Below, in pieces: positions 62,995 through 64,000 of a DNA stretch of 64,000 bases (position 1 is the stretch's first letter; every line of letters begins with the position of its first letter). The notes beneath the pieces are model-generated. The model was not told the DNA's origin, did not search any database, and saw only the letters and a program-made list of their open reading frames with translations. The DNA comes from Octopus sinensis (Eukaryota): assembly GCF_006345805.1 (NCBI RefSeq), contig NC_043005.1, positions 100,502,001-100,566,000 on the forward strand, given 5' to 3'. The position numbers were made by a program, and so were the translations under genes.

Positions 62995-64000
62995 CTGTTG
63001 GTTTATCTGTCTCTTTCTCTCTCACTCTTTCACACACCATAAAAGATTATTGGAGATTGTGAAGTAAAACAGTTGTGAAGAATATGAAAGTTTTAACTGT
63101 TGTTCATGGTTAAGGGGGAAGGTGAGGTTTTATGCAGTCGTTGAGGTAATATTAAATTTATGAATCAGCCTAGATTAAGAAAGAACATTTTTAATGGCTA
63201 ATATTATCCAACACACCTATCTCTCATTGAAAGAAACAACAATAGCAAACGATTTAACATTATTTAATTAATCTAGTGTTGCATTAATTATAATTTTTAT
63301 TATTAACATTCAGAATTTAATTTAAGCTCTCAAAGAATAAGAATAAAAATAAAAGTTATAAGGAAGAGAAAAAGAGCAGATTTCAGGTGAACTCTCTATC
63401 ATGTTGATTGTATTTAGAACAGCTTACAATAAATTTCATACAAGATTATGAGGTTAAGGGTTACCATTTGAATTCAGGATGAAGAATTCATAATATCATG
63501 TATGAAATAATTACAGTGTGAAAGAGAAGGTTGAGAAGAAGGAGTCTGCTATATATGTTTCATGGCTGATTACTGTTGTGATGGCACCTGAGTTATATAC
63601 TGCAACAGGGTTAAAGAGCAGAAGATTAGTAGCAAATCTTAACTAAAATAAAGGGGAAATACTTGTCTGAAATTAATCAATATTTATGGTGAAGATTGTT
63701 ATACTAATTAAAAGACAACTAAAAGTAGAGTTCAGTAATAGGTTTAGATGTGCCATCAATGACAGATGATGACAATCAACTGGAACGAAGTGAGTTAATT
63801 AATTACCTATCCGTAAAAAGAGGCTTGCAAATTTACAGGAACATCCAACAATGTTATCGTCTTAGAGAATTATAATTAGAAGGAAAAGGAAAACTGCTGA
63901 TTCAGGTGACAAGGTAACGTAAGTAGTAGAAGAAAAGAAACGATCTTTGCCTAAGGAAATATTTAACAGCCTTCTTCAACTAATGTAGCTGTAGGAACAA

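Overview
AT-rich eukaryotic genomic DNA dominated by transposable elements and microsatellites. I found no protein-coding host exon, rRNA, true tRNA gene or CRISPR array that I can support. The repeat landscape looks like an octopus (coleoid cephalopod) genome; this is inference from recalled repeat families, not a search result. Most listed ORFs are microsatellite or SINE read-throughs. Protein-coding relics I can recognise: a Ty3/gypsy 5' LTR + PBS + broken gag (37105-38530, minus), an internally deleted mariner with intact TIRs (33727-34290), RTE-clade LINE 3' ends, a CR1-like 3' end, and a decayed restriction-like-endonuclease (R4/Dong-type) LINE C-terminus. The rest is about six short-retroposon families (my labels A-F), MITEs, and Penelope-like repeats with hammerhead-like motifs. 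The strongest unusual signal is in SINE family A. At five loci a copy joins another family-A copy at the same internal site about 45-50 nt into the head, giving head-less dimers and trimers. One of these is a full-length insertion with its own TSD, which suggests self-targeted insertion. Other families show apparent microsatellite-specific targeting: (AAT)n for A and E, (CAA/CAG)n for F. All coordinates were counted by hand; element boundaries without a TSD or TIR are approximate, and family labels and clade calls need database confirmation.
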